A DNA stretch of 64,000 nt, from the NCBI GenBank assembly GCA_036002405.1, contig DASYTK010000013.1, positions 3,459 through 67,458 on the forward strand, written 5' to 3'. How positions within the stretch are numbered: the stretch's first letter is position 1; each line of letters starts with the position of its first letter. A model generated the notes under the pieces. The model was not told the DNA's origin. It worked only from the letters and a program-made list of their open reading frames with translations, and searched no databases. This document shows, in pieces, positions 9,594-18,815 of this stretch. Source of the DNA: Candidatus Limnocylindrales bacterium (lineage in GTDB: Bacteria > Chloroflexota > Limnocylindria > Limnocylindrales > CSP1-4). The position numbers and the translations under genes were made by a program.

Positions 9594-10979
9594 CTACTCG
9601 GGTGCAGCCGCGGGCTCCGCTGAACGGACGGCCGTCTCGGACCCAGCCTCCGGATGGCGTGAGACCTCGGCGTGCGGGATAGGACCGCCCAGCTCGGTGC
9701 CCCCGAACCGTCCGTCGGCCTCGCGTGTGACCTCCGCGCGCGTCGGCAGTCGGGCCTGGCGTAGCGAGGGCCAGAGCGAGGTGAGGAGGCTCATCGCGAT
9801 GACGGCGCCGCCGACCGTGAAGAGCGTCCGCTGCCCGCCCACGGCCTCGAGGAGGATCCCGCCAACGAGCATCCCCACCGGCTGGAAGCCGAGCGAGATC
9901 GTCCGCGTCGTCGCCCCCACCCGCCCCAGGAGCTCGTCGGGCGTGAGGCCCGCGCGCAGCGCGACATACGAGACGAGGACGAGCGATTCGCCCAGCCCGG
10001 CCAGGAAGGCGAGCAGGGCCATCGGCAGGAGCGTCTCGGCGAAGCCGAGGAGGACCATCATCGAGCCGCTTACCGCCGTGCCGGCCGCCATGAGCCGGCC
10101 GAGCGACCGACCCATCAGGCGCGACGAGGCGAGCGACCCGGCGAGCGAGCCCGCTCCGAAGGCCGCGATCCCCGTCCCGAGCGCGTCGGCGGCGAGGTGC
10201 CGGTCGACCGTGACGTAGTAGGTGATCACCGCGACGAGTGGCGCGACGGCGATCGTGTAGAAGCTCCAGTGGGCGACCGCTGCGCGGAGCGTTCGGTGAC
10301 GGGCGACGAAGGCGATCCCCTCCCCGATCTCCCGCACCAGGCCGCGTCGCACCCGGTCCCCGGTCGCCCTGAGCGAGCGTCGGACGAGGGTCAGGCTGAT
10401 CGCCGAGGCGAGGAAGCTGAGGGCGTCGATCGCGAGGGTGGGACCCGGCCCAATCGCCGCGGCGAGCACCCCCGCCAGCGCCGGGCCCACGATCCAGCCG
10501 AGGGCGAAGGCGGCCTCGAAGTAGCTCGTCGCCTGGCCGAGCCGCTCACGTCCCACGAGGTTCGGGACCGCCCCCGTGTAGCCGGCCATGAAGACGACGC
10601 GCATCGCGTTGATCGGGACGATGACGAGGAGGATCACGCCCATCGTCGGGATGCCCAGCACGAGCGAGAGGGGGATGAGGCCCACGAGGATCGCCCGGGC
10701 GAGGTCGGCGAGGAGCATCATCCGGCGCCGGTCCATGCGGTCGGCCAGGACGCCGGCGGGCAGGCCGAGCAGGAGGTCGGGCAGAAACTGGAGCGCGCCG
10801 ACGATCCCCATCTGGAGCCCGGAGCCGGTCAGCTGGAGGACGAGGAGCGGGAGGGCCGTGAAGGCGACGCCGTCGCCGACCGCCGAGAGGCCCTGACCGA
10901 AGAGAACGACCCGGAAGTCCCGCTCGGCGAGCACGGAGCGGGCAGCCGGCGGCGCGGGGACCGGGGAGGACGAGGACAT
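9594..10979 (-). CDS. MFS transporter
   Basis: 12-TM architecture with MFS motif GxLADRxGRR (GVLADRMDRRR). Start is the ATG MSSSSPV at 10979. Confidence 0.8.
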   Translation of the reverse strand: MSSSSPVPAPPAARSVLAERDFRVVLFGQGLSAVGDGVAFTALPLLVLQLTGSGLQMGIVGALQFLPDLLLGLPAGVLADRMDRRRMMLLADLARAILVGLIPLSLVLGIPTMGVILLVIVPINAMRVVFMAGYTGAVPNLVGRERLGQATSYFEAAFALGWIVGPALAGVLAAAIGPGPTLAIDALSFLASAISLTLVRRSLRATGDRVRRGLVREIGEGIAFVARHRTLRAAVAHWSFYTIAVAPLVAVITYYVTVDRHLAADALGTGIAAFGAGSLAGSLASSRLMGRSLGRLMAAGTAVSGSMMVLLGFAETLLPMALLAFLAGLGESLVLVSYVALRAGLTPDELLGRVGATTRTISLGFQPVGMLVGGILLEAVGGQRTLFTVGGAVIAMSLLTSLWPSLRQARLPTRAEVTREADGRFGGTELGGPIPHAEVSRHPEAGSETAVRSAEPAAAPE

Positions 10980-11074
10980 TCGCGGGCGGCAGCCTCCACA
11001 GGGACAGATGCGGACCGAGAGGGCTGGAGCGCGAGGGTGCTCCATCGTAGCGGCCGGCGCTATCCTCCCCTCGC

Positions 11075-14000
11075 GTGCCGCCGATCGGATCCGCCCGCCT
11101 CGCCGCCGAGCCAGCGGGCCGGCAGGCTGTGACGCGGTGGCTCTGTCTGCTCGCGCTTGGCTCGGTCGTTCTCCTCCCCGCCGCGAACGGGGCGACCGAC
11201 GACGGGACCCTGGTGCGCGCCGCCCAGGCGCAGGCCGAGGCCGTGCCCGATGCGGTCGTCCTCGTCTCGGACCTCCAATCGGAGCTGACCGACGACGCCT
11301 GCGCCGACTGGGACGCCGGCTGCGGCGGGACGGCGCTCGAGGCGCGGGGCGGGGGCGTCTTCGCGACGAGCTTCGAGATCCCGGCCGGGGAGTGGCGCTA
11401 CCGGGTCGCCGTCAGGCGCCCCGCGAACGGTCTGTCGGCGACCGCGGCCGCCCCCTCGATCGAGTCCTATGGCGAGGGCGCGCGGACCGACGGCCCGAAT
11501 CTCGTCCTGCGGGGAGCGTCGGCGCGAAGGGTCACCGTGGTGTACGACGACCGGACCCACTGGCCCAGCGATTCCTGGGCGGGCCAACTCGCGGTCGTGA
11601 CCGGCGAGCTCCAGCAGAGGTTCGGCTGCGAGAAGGCACCGGACCCCACCTGCCTGGCGACACTGATGAGCGACCCCGACGGCGACGGCATCCTGCTCCT
11701 CGCAACGGACGAGCTGCCCGCCGGGGACCTCGAAACGGCGATCGTGACCCTCGATCCGACCGGCACGGCCGTCGACGGCGGACCCATTCCCTTGACGGTC
11801 TCCGTACCCGCCGAGGGTCGACCGGTCCGGATCACCTTCGACCCGCGCTCCCGACGGGCAGCGCTCCGGGCGGATGCGTCGCCGTTCGCGCCCGACGGCT
11901 CGATCGAACCGTTCGGCCTTCTCCACGACAGCCGCGATCCCGTCTATCGGTCGCCCCCTGGCGCCGTCCCCGCGGGCACGGAGGTCCGGCTCCGCTTCCG
12001 GACGTTCCACGACGACGTCACCGCGGTCGAGCTCCGGCTCAGGGACGCGGTCGCCGACCGGATCACGACGCAGGCGATGGAGCGGGTCGCGGCCGGCGTT
12101 CCCTGCCTCGACCCGGTCCTCGAGCGGCAGGGACGCTGTGACTTCTGGGCGCGGACCGTCCGCGCCGAGCGGCCGACCTCGCTCTTCTACCGCTTCATCG
12201 TCCGGGATGGGGAGGCGACCGCGTTCTACGCGGACGACGAGGCGCTCGACGGCGGCCGGGGGAAGTTCGCCCGGACGCAGGCAGACCTCCCCTTCCTCGT
12301 CACGGTCTTCGCTCCGGGGTTCGAACCGCTCGACTGGCTCGTCGACGGCGTCGTCTACCAGGTCTTTCCCGACCGCTTCGCGAACGGCGACGCCACGAAC
12401 GACCCTGGCCGGGACGAGCCGCGTTACGGCTGGCCACCGGCCGAGGACGACCGGATCGCCCAACCGGCCTGGGAGACCCGACCCGAGGCCCCGCGCGGCC
12501 GCGATTACTACGGCGGGGACCTGCCCGGCCTGACCGCCCACCTCGACGACCTCGCCGACCTCGGCGTGACCGTGATGTACCTGAATCCGATCTTCGAAGC
12601 CGCCTCGAACCACGGCTACGACACGCGCGACTACGCGAGGATCGACCATCGCTTCGGGACGGAGGGCGACTTCCGTGACCTCGTCGCGGCGGCGAAGGCG
12701 CGGGGGATCCGGGTCATCCTCGACGGGGTGTTCAACCACGTCAGCTCGGACTCGCCCTATTTCGACCTGTACGGCCACTTCCCGGAGATCGGAGCCTGCG
12801 AGAGCCCGGATTCGCCCTATCGCGGCTGGTTCACGTTCCACCCGCGGCCCTCCGGGCCGTGCGCGGGGCCGAACGGTCCCGGGACGATGGGTTACGACGC
12901 CTGGTCCGGGGTCGCGAGCCTGCCCGTCCTCGACAAGACCCGGCCCGAGGTCCGGGACCTCGTCTACGCAGCGCCCGACTCGCTCGCCCGGCGGTGGCTC
13001 AGGGCCGGGGCAGCGGGCTGGCGCCTCGACGTCATGTCCGATCCCTCGTTCCCGGCCGACTTCTGGCCCGCCTTCCGGAAGGTCGTCAAGGCGACAGATC
13101 CCCAGGCGGCGATCGTCGGCGAGCTCTGGACGCGTGACCAGGTCCTGCCCTGGATCCGAGGCGACGCGGCGGACACGGTCATGGACTACCGCTTCCGAAA
13201 CGCGGTGCTGGGCTACCTGGGCACGATCGACGACGAAGGCTTCCCGGACGCCGGCGAGCACGACCAGCCGCCGTCCGCCCTCGTCCGGAAGCTCGAATCA
13301 CGACGCGAGGACTACCCGGACGCGGCCTATCTCGCGGCGTTCGACCTGCTCGACTCACACGACACGGAGCGAGCGCTCTGGTCGCTCGCGCCGACCGGTA
13401 CGGATCGCGAGGCGCCCGACGCGCTTCGAGTGGCGACGGCCCGCCTCCGGCTCGCCGTCGTCCTCCAGGCGACGCTGCCCGGGGCGCCGACGATCTACTA
13501 CGGCGACGAGGCCGGCCTGACCGGGGCCGACGACCCGGATGACCGCCGGACCTATCCCTGGCGCGGCGCCCGGCCAGACGGCACCCAGACGGGATCCTCC
13601 CCGGGGGGCGATGCCGATCTGCGGGACTGGTATCGCCGCCTCCTGGCGATCCGGCGCGAGAACGAGGTCCTTCGCCGGGGCGACCTGCGCTTCCTTCTTG
13701 CCGACGACGGCCCCCGGACGCTCGCCTACGGACGGCGGTCGCGGAACGAGGTCGCCATCGTCGCGCTGAACCCCGATCCGGAACGGGCGCAGACACTGAG
13801 GATCCCCCTGGGCGACTGGCTTCGCGACGGGGTCCGCTTCCACGACCAGCTCGTCGGGGGCTCGGCCGCGGGCGGGTCGGAGCCGACCGTCTCGGGCGGC
13901 GGCGCGCTCGAGTTGTCCCTCGAGCCCCTGGGGGCCGCGCTCCTCGTCGCCGACGCCGGCCAGGATCTCGGCGGGCCACGAGGGCCGCCGTTGCGGGCGA

Positions 14001-14389
14001 CCCTCGAGGAGGGCGCGGCGACGCTGCGCTGGGAGCCGGCCGCGGGCGCGGCCGCGTACGAGATCTGGCGCTCCCCGCTCCCGGGCGGGGGAGGAATACC
14101 GATCGCGAGGATCGCGGGGCTGGAGTTCGTGGATGCCGAGGCGCCGGCCGAGTCAGTGTCCTGGTACCGGGTGCGAGCGTTGGACGAGGCGGGCAATCCT
14201 GGGCCGCCCGGGCCGGAGGCCTCACTCAGCGTCCCCGGCGGCGCAGCGCCGCCTCCAGGGCCCGGCGCTCGGCGGCCCCGGGGCTCGGACGGCGGCCCGC
14301 CACTCGAGCTCGTTCTCCTGGGGATCGGGATCCTCGTCGTCGTGATCCCGCTGACGATCCTCGCCCTCCAGAGCCGGCGAGCCGGCTGA
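11075..14389 (+). CDS. secreted/membrane-anchored GH13 alpha-amylase-family enzyme (pullulanase/amylopullulanase-like) with N-terminal carbohydrate-binding domains and C-terminal Fn3 + TM anchor
   Basis: All four GH13 regions are present: DGVFNH (I), GWRLDVMSD (II), VGELW (III), FDLLDSHDTER (IV). N-terminal signal peptide and C-terminal hydrophobic anchor LVLLGIGILVVVIPLTILAL. GTG start. Confidence 0.85.
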   Translation: MPPIGSARLAAEPAGRQAVTRWLCLLALGSVVLLPAANGATDDGTLVRAAQAQAEAVPDAVVLVSDLQSELTDDACADWDAGCGGTALEARGGGVFATSFEIPAGEWRYRVAVRRPANGLSATAAAPSIESYGEGARTDGPNLVLRGASARRVTVVYDDRTHWPSDSWAGQLAVVTGELQQRFGCEKAPDPTCLATLMSDPDGDGILLLATDELPAGDLETAIVTLDPTGTAVDGGPIPLTVSVPAEGRPVRITFDPRSRRAALRADASPFAPDGSIEPFGLLHDSRDPVYRSPPGAVPAGTEVRLRFRTFHDDVTAVELRLRDAVADRITTQAMERVAAGVPCLDPVLERQGRCDFWARTVRAERPTSLFYRFIVRDGEATAFYADDEALDGGRGKFARTQADLPFLVTVFAPGFEPLDWLVDGVVYQVFPDRFANGDATNDPGRDEPRYGWPPAEDDRIAQPAWETRPEAPRGRDYYGGDLPGLTAHLDDLADLGVTVMYLNPIFEAASNHGYDTRDYARIDHRFGTEGDFRDLVAAAKARGIRVILDGVFNHVSSDSPYFDLYGHFPEIGACESPDSPYRGWFTFHPRPSGPCAGPNGPGTMGYDAWSGVASLPVLDKTRPEVRDLVYAAPDSLARRWLRAGAAGWRLDVMSDPSFPADFWPAFRKVVKATDPQAAIVGELWTRDQVLPWIRGDAADTVMDYRFRNAVLGYLGTIDDEGFPDAGEHDQPPSALVRKLESRREDYPDAAYLAAFDLLDSHDTERALWSLAPTGTDREAPDALRVATARLRLAVVLQATLPGAPTIYYGDEAGLTGADDPDDRRTYPWRGARPDGTQTGSSPGGDADLRDWYRRLLAIRRENEVLRRGDLRFLLADDGPRTLAYGRRSRNEVAIVALNPDPERAQTLRIPLGDWLRDGVRFHDQLVGGSAAGGSEPTVSGGGALELSLEPLGAALLVADAGQDLGGPRGPPLRATLEEGAATLRWEPAAGAAAYEIWRSPLPGGGGIPIARIAGLEFVDAEAPAESVSWYRVRALDEAGNPGPPGPEASLSVPGGAAPPPGPGARRPRGSDGGPPLELVLLGIGILVVVIPLTILALQSRRAG

Positions 14390-14437
14390 TGGCCGCCGCG
14401 ACCGGGCGGGTGCCCGCGCCCGAGGACTGACTCGAGG

Positions 14438-16135
14438 CTAGGGCGTCGGGCGGGTGATCCGCAGGTCGTCGAGCTGGGCCTCGAGGATGCTGCCGGCTGC
14501 CCGGTCGGCGGCCTCGACGAGGATCCGGATCCGCTCCCCCGCGAACGCGTCGAGCGACGCGGAACGCGTCTGCCAGCCCCCGTCGTCGTCGGTCGCGTCG
14601 CCGCGCCGTTCGAGGATGACCCGCCGCGTGGAGCCGGCGATCACGGTCACGCGGAACAAATCGTCGGTCGAGGAGCGGGTGTCGTGAGCGAAGGAGTAGC
14701 GGAACTCGAGTCGCTGCCCAAGGCCACCGGGCAGATCGATCGCCGGCGAACGGATCGAGGTCAGCCCGCCATCGACGTCGTTCGCCGCGGCCGAGCTGCC
14801 GGCGCTCAGGCCCGTCGTGAGCGCGGCCCGCCCGCTCGTCGTCGTTCCCAGCTGCTTCGGGCCGGAGAAGGAGGTGGGCTCGGGGTCGCCGCGCTGCCAG
14901 CGCCCGGCCGTCGCGGTGTCGGTACCGAAGGGATCGACCTGCCAGCCGCGCGGGATCTCGAAGTCGTCGAAGAAAGCGCCGCAATGGGTGGTCGCCTTGC
15001 CGATCTCGGCGTAGGGGCAGACCGCGCGCTCGAGGAAGTAGAGGATCGCCGCCTTGTTCCGCGTCGTCTCCCGCGCGATGACCTCGTCGGGCGGATAGAA
15101 GCCGTCCCACTGCGGCACCGGGTCGCGCGGGTACAGCTCGATCGTGTAGATGAAGATCCGGTGGATCGCGTAGAGCCAGTCGATCTGATCGCCGTCGGTG
15201 ACGTACAGGTCGCTCGACTGCTCCGGGATGTAGTCGTCCAGAGCTGCGAAGCGCCGACCGATCGCGACGAAGGCGGCATGGTCGTCGGCCGTCATGTCCG
15301 AAGGCAGGTCGGTGTAGGTGTAGCCGTAGGGCCAGAGGACGAGCTCGCCGTTCGAATGGAACGTGAGCGCGGCCCGGATCTGCTGGCGGCCGTTCACGAC
15401 CCGGCTGTCGATGAAATCGCGGATCACGCGCGTCTCCGGGGCCGAAAACGGAGCCGGGCCGCGATATGTCGTCGAGCCGGGTGAGCCGGACGAGCCGCCG
15501 CAGCAGCCCCAGCGATACCCGTAGTTCCGGTTGAGGTCCGTCCCGATGTACGACGATCCGGCGTTCGGCTGGCGGTTCTTCCGCCAGAGCCGGTACGGGT
15601 CGCCCGTCAGGTCGTAGGCATAGCCGTCCGGGTTCACGACCGGCACGATCCAGATCTCGCGGTTCCGGACGATGCTCGTGATCCGGGCGTCCGACCCGTA
15701 GCCGTCCACGAGCCAGTGGAGGATCGCCAGCGTCTGCTCGACCGTGAGGTGCTCGCGGGCATGGTGGAGGCTGTCGAAGAAGACCTCGGGCTCGGGCTCG
15801 TCGATGCTCACGTTGTCGCTGACCTTCACGACCCAGATCGCGCGACCCTCGTAGCTCGTCCCGATCCGGTAGCGCTTCAGCAGTTCGGGATGCGCGGCCT
15901 CCATCGCCTGGATGTCGGCGTTCACCTCGGGAAGGCTGTGATAGCGGCTGTCGTACGGTGGGTAATCGCTCTGGGCCAACAGGGGCGGGATGGCCGCTGG
16001 CCCGGCCGGACGGGCGCTCGCCGGGACGGCCACGCCGGCGAGGAGGACGAGGGCAAAGAGGAATGGCTTCAGCTTCGGCCCCAGGCGATCTCTCCGGATG
16101 ACGCGACCGCCGCCGTTGGTCGAGGCAGCCCTCAC
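14438..16135 (-). CDS. secreted M14-family zinc carboxypeptidase
   Basis: Signal peptide, Zn-ligand motif HHAREH (HxxE), and conserved NRNYGYRWGCCGGSS and NPDG blocks. GTG start overlapping the upstream stop (GTGA). Confidence 0.8.
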   Translation of the reverse strand: MRAASTNGGGRVIRRDRLGPKLKPFLFALVLLAGVAVPASARPAGPAAIPPLLAQSDYPPYDSRYHSLPEVNADIQAMEAAHPELLKRYRIGTSYEGRAIWVVKVSDNVSIDEPEPEVFFDSLHHAREHLTVEQTLAILHWLVDGYGSDARITSIVRNREIWIVPVVNPDGYAYDLTGDPYRLWRKNRQPNAGSSYIGTDLNRNYGYRWGCCGGSSGSPGSTTYRGPAPFSAPETRVIRDFIDSRVVNGRQQIRAALTFHSNGELVLWPYGYTYTDLPSDMTADDHAAFVAIGRRFAALDDYIPEQSSDLYVTDGDQIDWLYAIHRIFIYTIELYPRDPVPQWDGFYPPDEVIARETTRNKAAILYFLERAVCPYAEIGKATTHCGAFFDDFEIPRGWQVDPFGTDTATAGRWQRGDPEPTSFSGPKQLGTTTSGRAALTTGLSAGSSAAANDVDGGLTSIRSPAIDLPGGLGQRLEFRYSFAHDTRSSTDDLFRVTVIAGSTRRVILERRGDATDDDGGWQTRSASLDAFAGERIRILVEAADRAAGSILEAQLDDLRITRPTP

Positions 16136-17856
16136 GAGCGAGTCACGGAGACGTCGTCGAAGGCCGCCTCGACGAGACTCGCGTTCCCCCCGTCGACGGC
16201 CTCGAAGACGAGCCGGATCACGCGCCCGGCAAAGGCGTCCGGGATTCGCACGAGTTTCGTCGTCCAGGCGCCATCCCGGTTCACCGCCGCGCCGTGGAGC
16301 TGCCAGACGGTCGCCCTGAGGCCTCCCGAGACGATCCGGAGTCGAAAGACGTCCTCCGCGCTGGACGCCGCGGAGTGGGCGAACGAATAGCGGAACCGAA
16401 CCCGGGGAGCGGCGCCCGCGGGCAGGTCGATGACGGGCGAGCGCACGCTCGTCAGGCCGCCGTCGAGGTCGTAGGCGCTCGCGGTCGAGCCCGCCGCAAG
16501 CCCGGTGACGAAGGCGTCCGACCCGCTCGACGCGGTGCCCAGCTGCTTCGGGCCGTCCGATGAGGTCGGTTGGGGGTCACCGCGCTGCCAGCGCCCGGCC
16601 GTCGCGGTATCGGTCCCCAGCGGGTTGACGCGCCAGCCGCGGTAGATCTCGAGGTCGTCGAAGAAGGGTCCGCAATGCGTCTCGGCCCGGTCGACCGCGG
16701 CATACGGACACCAGGCTTGATCGATCAGATAGAGGACCGCGCGTTTGTTCCGGCCGGTCTCGCTCGCGATCGTCGAGTCATCGGCGTACCAGCCCACGGT
16801 CAGCTCGAACGTGTAGGCGAAGATCCGCTGCCGCCCGTATTCCCAGTCACGCGTCGTTCCGCTGCTGATGTAGAGATCGCTCGCCTGCTGCGGCCGGTAG
16901 CCGTTCGTGGCCGCCATTCGCCGGCCGATCGCGACGAAGGCCTCGTGGTCGAGGCGGGTCATGTCGGGCGGGACGTCGGTGTACGTGTAGCCGTACGGCC
17001 ACATCACGAGGCGGCCCGAGGTATGGAAGGTGATCGCGGTCCGGATCTGCTGACGGCCGCCGACGACGCGGCTCTCGATGAAGTCGCGCATCGCGCGGAC
17101 CTCGGGCGCCGACCAGGCCGATGGGCCGCGATAGAGATTGCTGCCCGGCCACGTGCTGGAACCGCCACAGCAGCCCCAGCGGTAGCCGTAGTTCCGATTG
17201 AGATCGGTCCCGATGTACGAGGAGCCCGGAGTCGGCTGTCGATTCTTCCGCCACATGTGGAATCGCCCACCGGAGATGTCGTACGTCGCACCGTCCGGGT
17301 TGACGGCGAAGACGATCCAGATCTCGCGCCGGTCAACGAGCCGGGTGATGACGTCGTCGTGGCCGTAGCCGTCCGTCAGCCAGCCCAGGATCGCGAGGGT
17401 CATCTCGAGGCCCATGTGCTCTCGGGCGTGGTGGAGGCCGTCGAAGAGGACCTCCGGCTCCGCCTCGTCGACGTTCGGGTTGTCGCTGACCTTGACGGCC
17501 CAGATCGGCCGTCCCTCGTAGCTCGTGCCGATCGAGAAACGACGAACGATGTCCGGATGGGCGCTGGCTACCGCGGCTACCTCCGCGTTCGCCTCGGGGA
17601 TCGTGTGATATCCCTCGTAGCCGGCCGGAAAGTCCGCCGCCCCGGCCGGGGCATCCAGCCCCTCGTCGGCGGTCGGCAGGGCGGCGTTCGGGAAGCTCGC
17701 GTCCAGAGGCAGGGAATCCACGCGGAAGCCCCGGGCAGCCCGCTCATCGTCGCCGGCGCGAGCCGCGAGAGGCACGACGAGCAGCCCGACGAGGACGAGA
17801 ACCCCCGCGTGACGGAGCACGGCGCGCCCCGTTCGGGGCGGTCGGCCTGGGGACAT
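16132..17856 (-). CDS. secreted M14-family zinc carboxypeptidase (tandem paralogue)
   Basis: Same motif set (LHHAREH, NRNYGYRWGCCGGSS) at roughly 50% identity to the downstream copy. Signal peptide after the ATG MSPGRPP (17856). Confidence 0.8.
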   Translation of the reverse strand: MSPGRPPRTGRAVLRHAGVLVLVGLLVVPLAARAGDDERAARGFRVDSLPLDASFPNAALPTADEGLDAPAGAADFPAGYEGYHTIPEANAEVAAVASAHPDIVRRFSIGTSYEGRPIWAVKVSDNPNVDEAEPEVLFDGLHHAREHMGLEMTLAILGWLTDGYGHDDVITRLVDRREIWIVFAVNPDGATYDISGGRFHMWRKNRQPTPGSSYIGTDLNRNYGYRWGCCGGSSTWPGSNLYRGPSAWSAPEVRAMRDFIESRVVGGRQQIRTAITFHTSGRLVMWPYGYTYTDVPPDMTRLDHEAFVAIGRRMAATNGYRPQQASDLYISSGTTRDWEYGRQRIFAYTFELTVGWYADDSTIASETGRNKRAVLYLIDQAWCPYAAVDRAETHCGPFFDDLEIYRGWRVNPLGTDTATAGRWQRGDPQPTSSDGPKQLGTASSGSDAFVTGLAAGSTASAYDLDGGLTSVRSPVIDLPAGAAPRVRFRYSFAHSAASSAEDVFRLRIVSGGLRATVWQLHGAAVNRDGAWTTKLVRIPDAFAGRVIRLVFEAVDGGNASLVEAAFDDVSVTRS

Positions 17857-18028
17857 CGAGGCGAAGGATAGAGCCTCGCCAGCCGTCCGGTATGGGCAGG
17901 TCTGGCTATCGCGCGTTTGGCCCGCCCGTGCGAGTGCCATCCGAGCTGGCACGCGGGACGCCGAAGGTCCCAGCCAGCGGTCCTCGCCAAGGTGCCCCAG
18001 GACCGCGTGACGACGGAAGGAGAAGCGA

Positions 18029-18175
18029 ATGATCGTCCAGCTCGACTGTCCCTGGTGCGCGGGATCGGTGGCGGCCGACCCCGATGCGCTCGACGAGCCC
18101 GTGCGCTGCGAGGACTGTGCGCTGACCTTCGAGGTCGCGCCCGACGAGGAAGTCGCGGTAGCTCAGGCCGCTTGA
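18029..18175 (+). CDS. small zinc-ribbon protein (48 aa), below the ORF-track length cutoff
   Basis: A GGAGAAG SD lies 6 nt before ATG. The product MIVQLDCPWCAGSVAADPDALDEPVRCEDCALTFEVAPDEEVAVAQAA has two CxxC pairs. Confidence 0.35.
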   Translation: MIVQLDCPWCAGSVAADPDALDEPVRCEDCALTFEVAPDEEVAVAQAA

Positions 18176-18527
18176 TCGGCGTCTCGAGTCGCCGCCCTCA
18201 AAAGGCGTGCCACGCCCGAGGGTGGCTCCAGCGACACTGGGCCGCTCAGGCGCTCGCTCGGGCGAGTCGGAAGGCCACCATCGTCCGAGCCGAGCCGCGC
18301 CACGCGCAAGAGGCTCCAGCTACGGTGGACGGGCCGATTCGCTGTCACCCACGAGCAAGGCTCGTACGAACGCTCGATTCTCCCGGAGTTGCTGTCAGCT
18401 ACGAGCGAGGCTCGTGTAAGTCGACGCCCGACGCGTTGGCAGGGGCCGCTGGGCCGGTCAGCGCGGGTGCACCCACGCTCAACCACGGGGCCCGCGGACC
18501 GTCGCGCCACACCCGACCGTCGGCGGG

Positions 18528-18815
18528 CTACTCGATCGGGATGTCCTCTCGCCGGCTCTGTGGCTCGGTCTCCTCGTCTCCGATCGAGCGCGCCCAGTGA
18601 TCGGCCATCGAGCGGAGCGCCAGGAGCTGTTCGCGCCATGCGGCTCGGAAGTGCTGGCGGGCCTCGTCCGGGACGAGCATCTTCGCGATGTGACGGCTGC
18701 GCTCGGTGGCCCGCTCCCGCCACTCGAGCCGGGCCAAGCGGCGCTCGAGCTGGGCGATCCGCTCGGCGTCGGAGACCGACTCGGGCGGGGGCGTGCCGGT
18801 TGCTCCGCTATCCAC
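18528..18815 (-). CDS. hypothetical helical protein (95 aa) overlapping the 3' end of the ArsA-family gene
   Basis: 8-nt overlap with the upstream ATPase gene suggests co-translation. No recognisable domain. Confidence 0.45.
   Translation of the reverse strand: MDSGATGTPPPESVSDAERIAQLERRLARLEWRERATERSRHIAKMLVPDEARQHFRAAWREQLLALRSMADHWARSIGDEETEPQSRREDIPIE

Noticed and set aside
11060-13261. 733-aa ORF antisense to the GH13 gene, and the similar 13179-14225 ORF
   Set aside because: Low-complexity Arg/Gly/Pro-rich product, whereas the sense frame carries all four GH13 catalytic regions.
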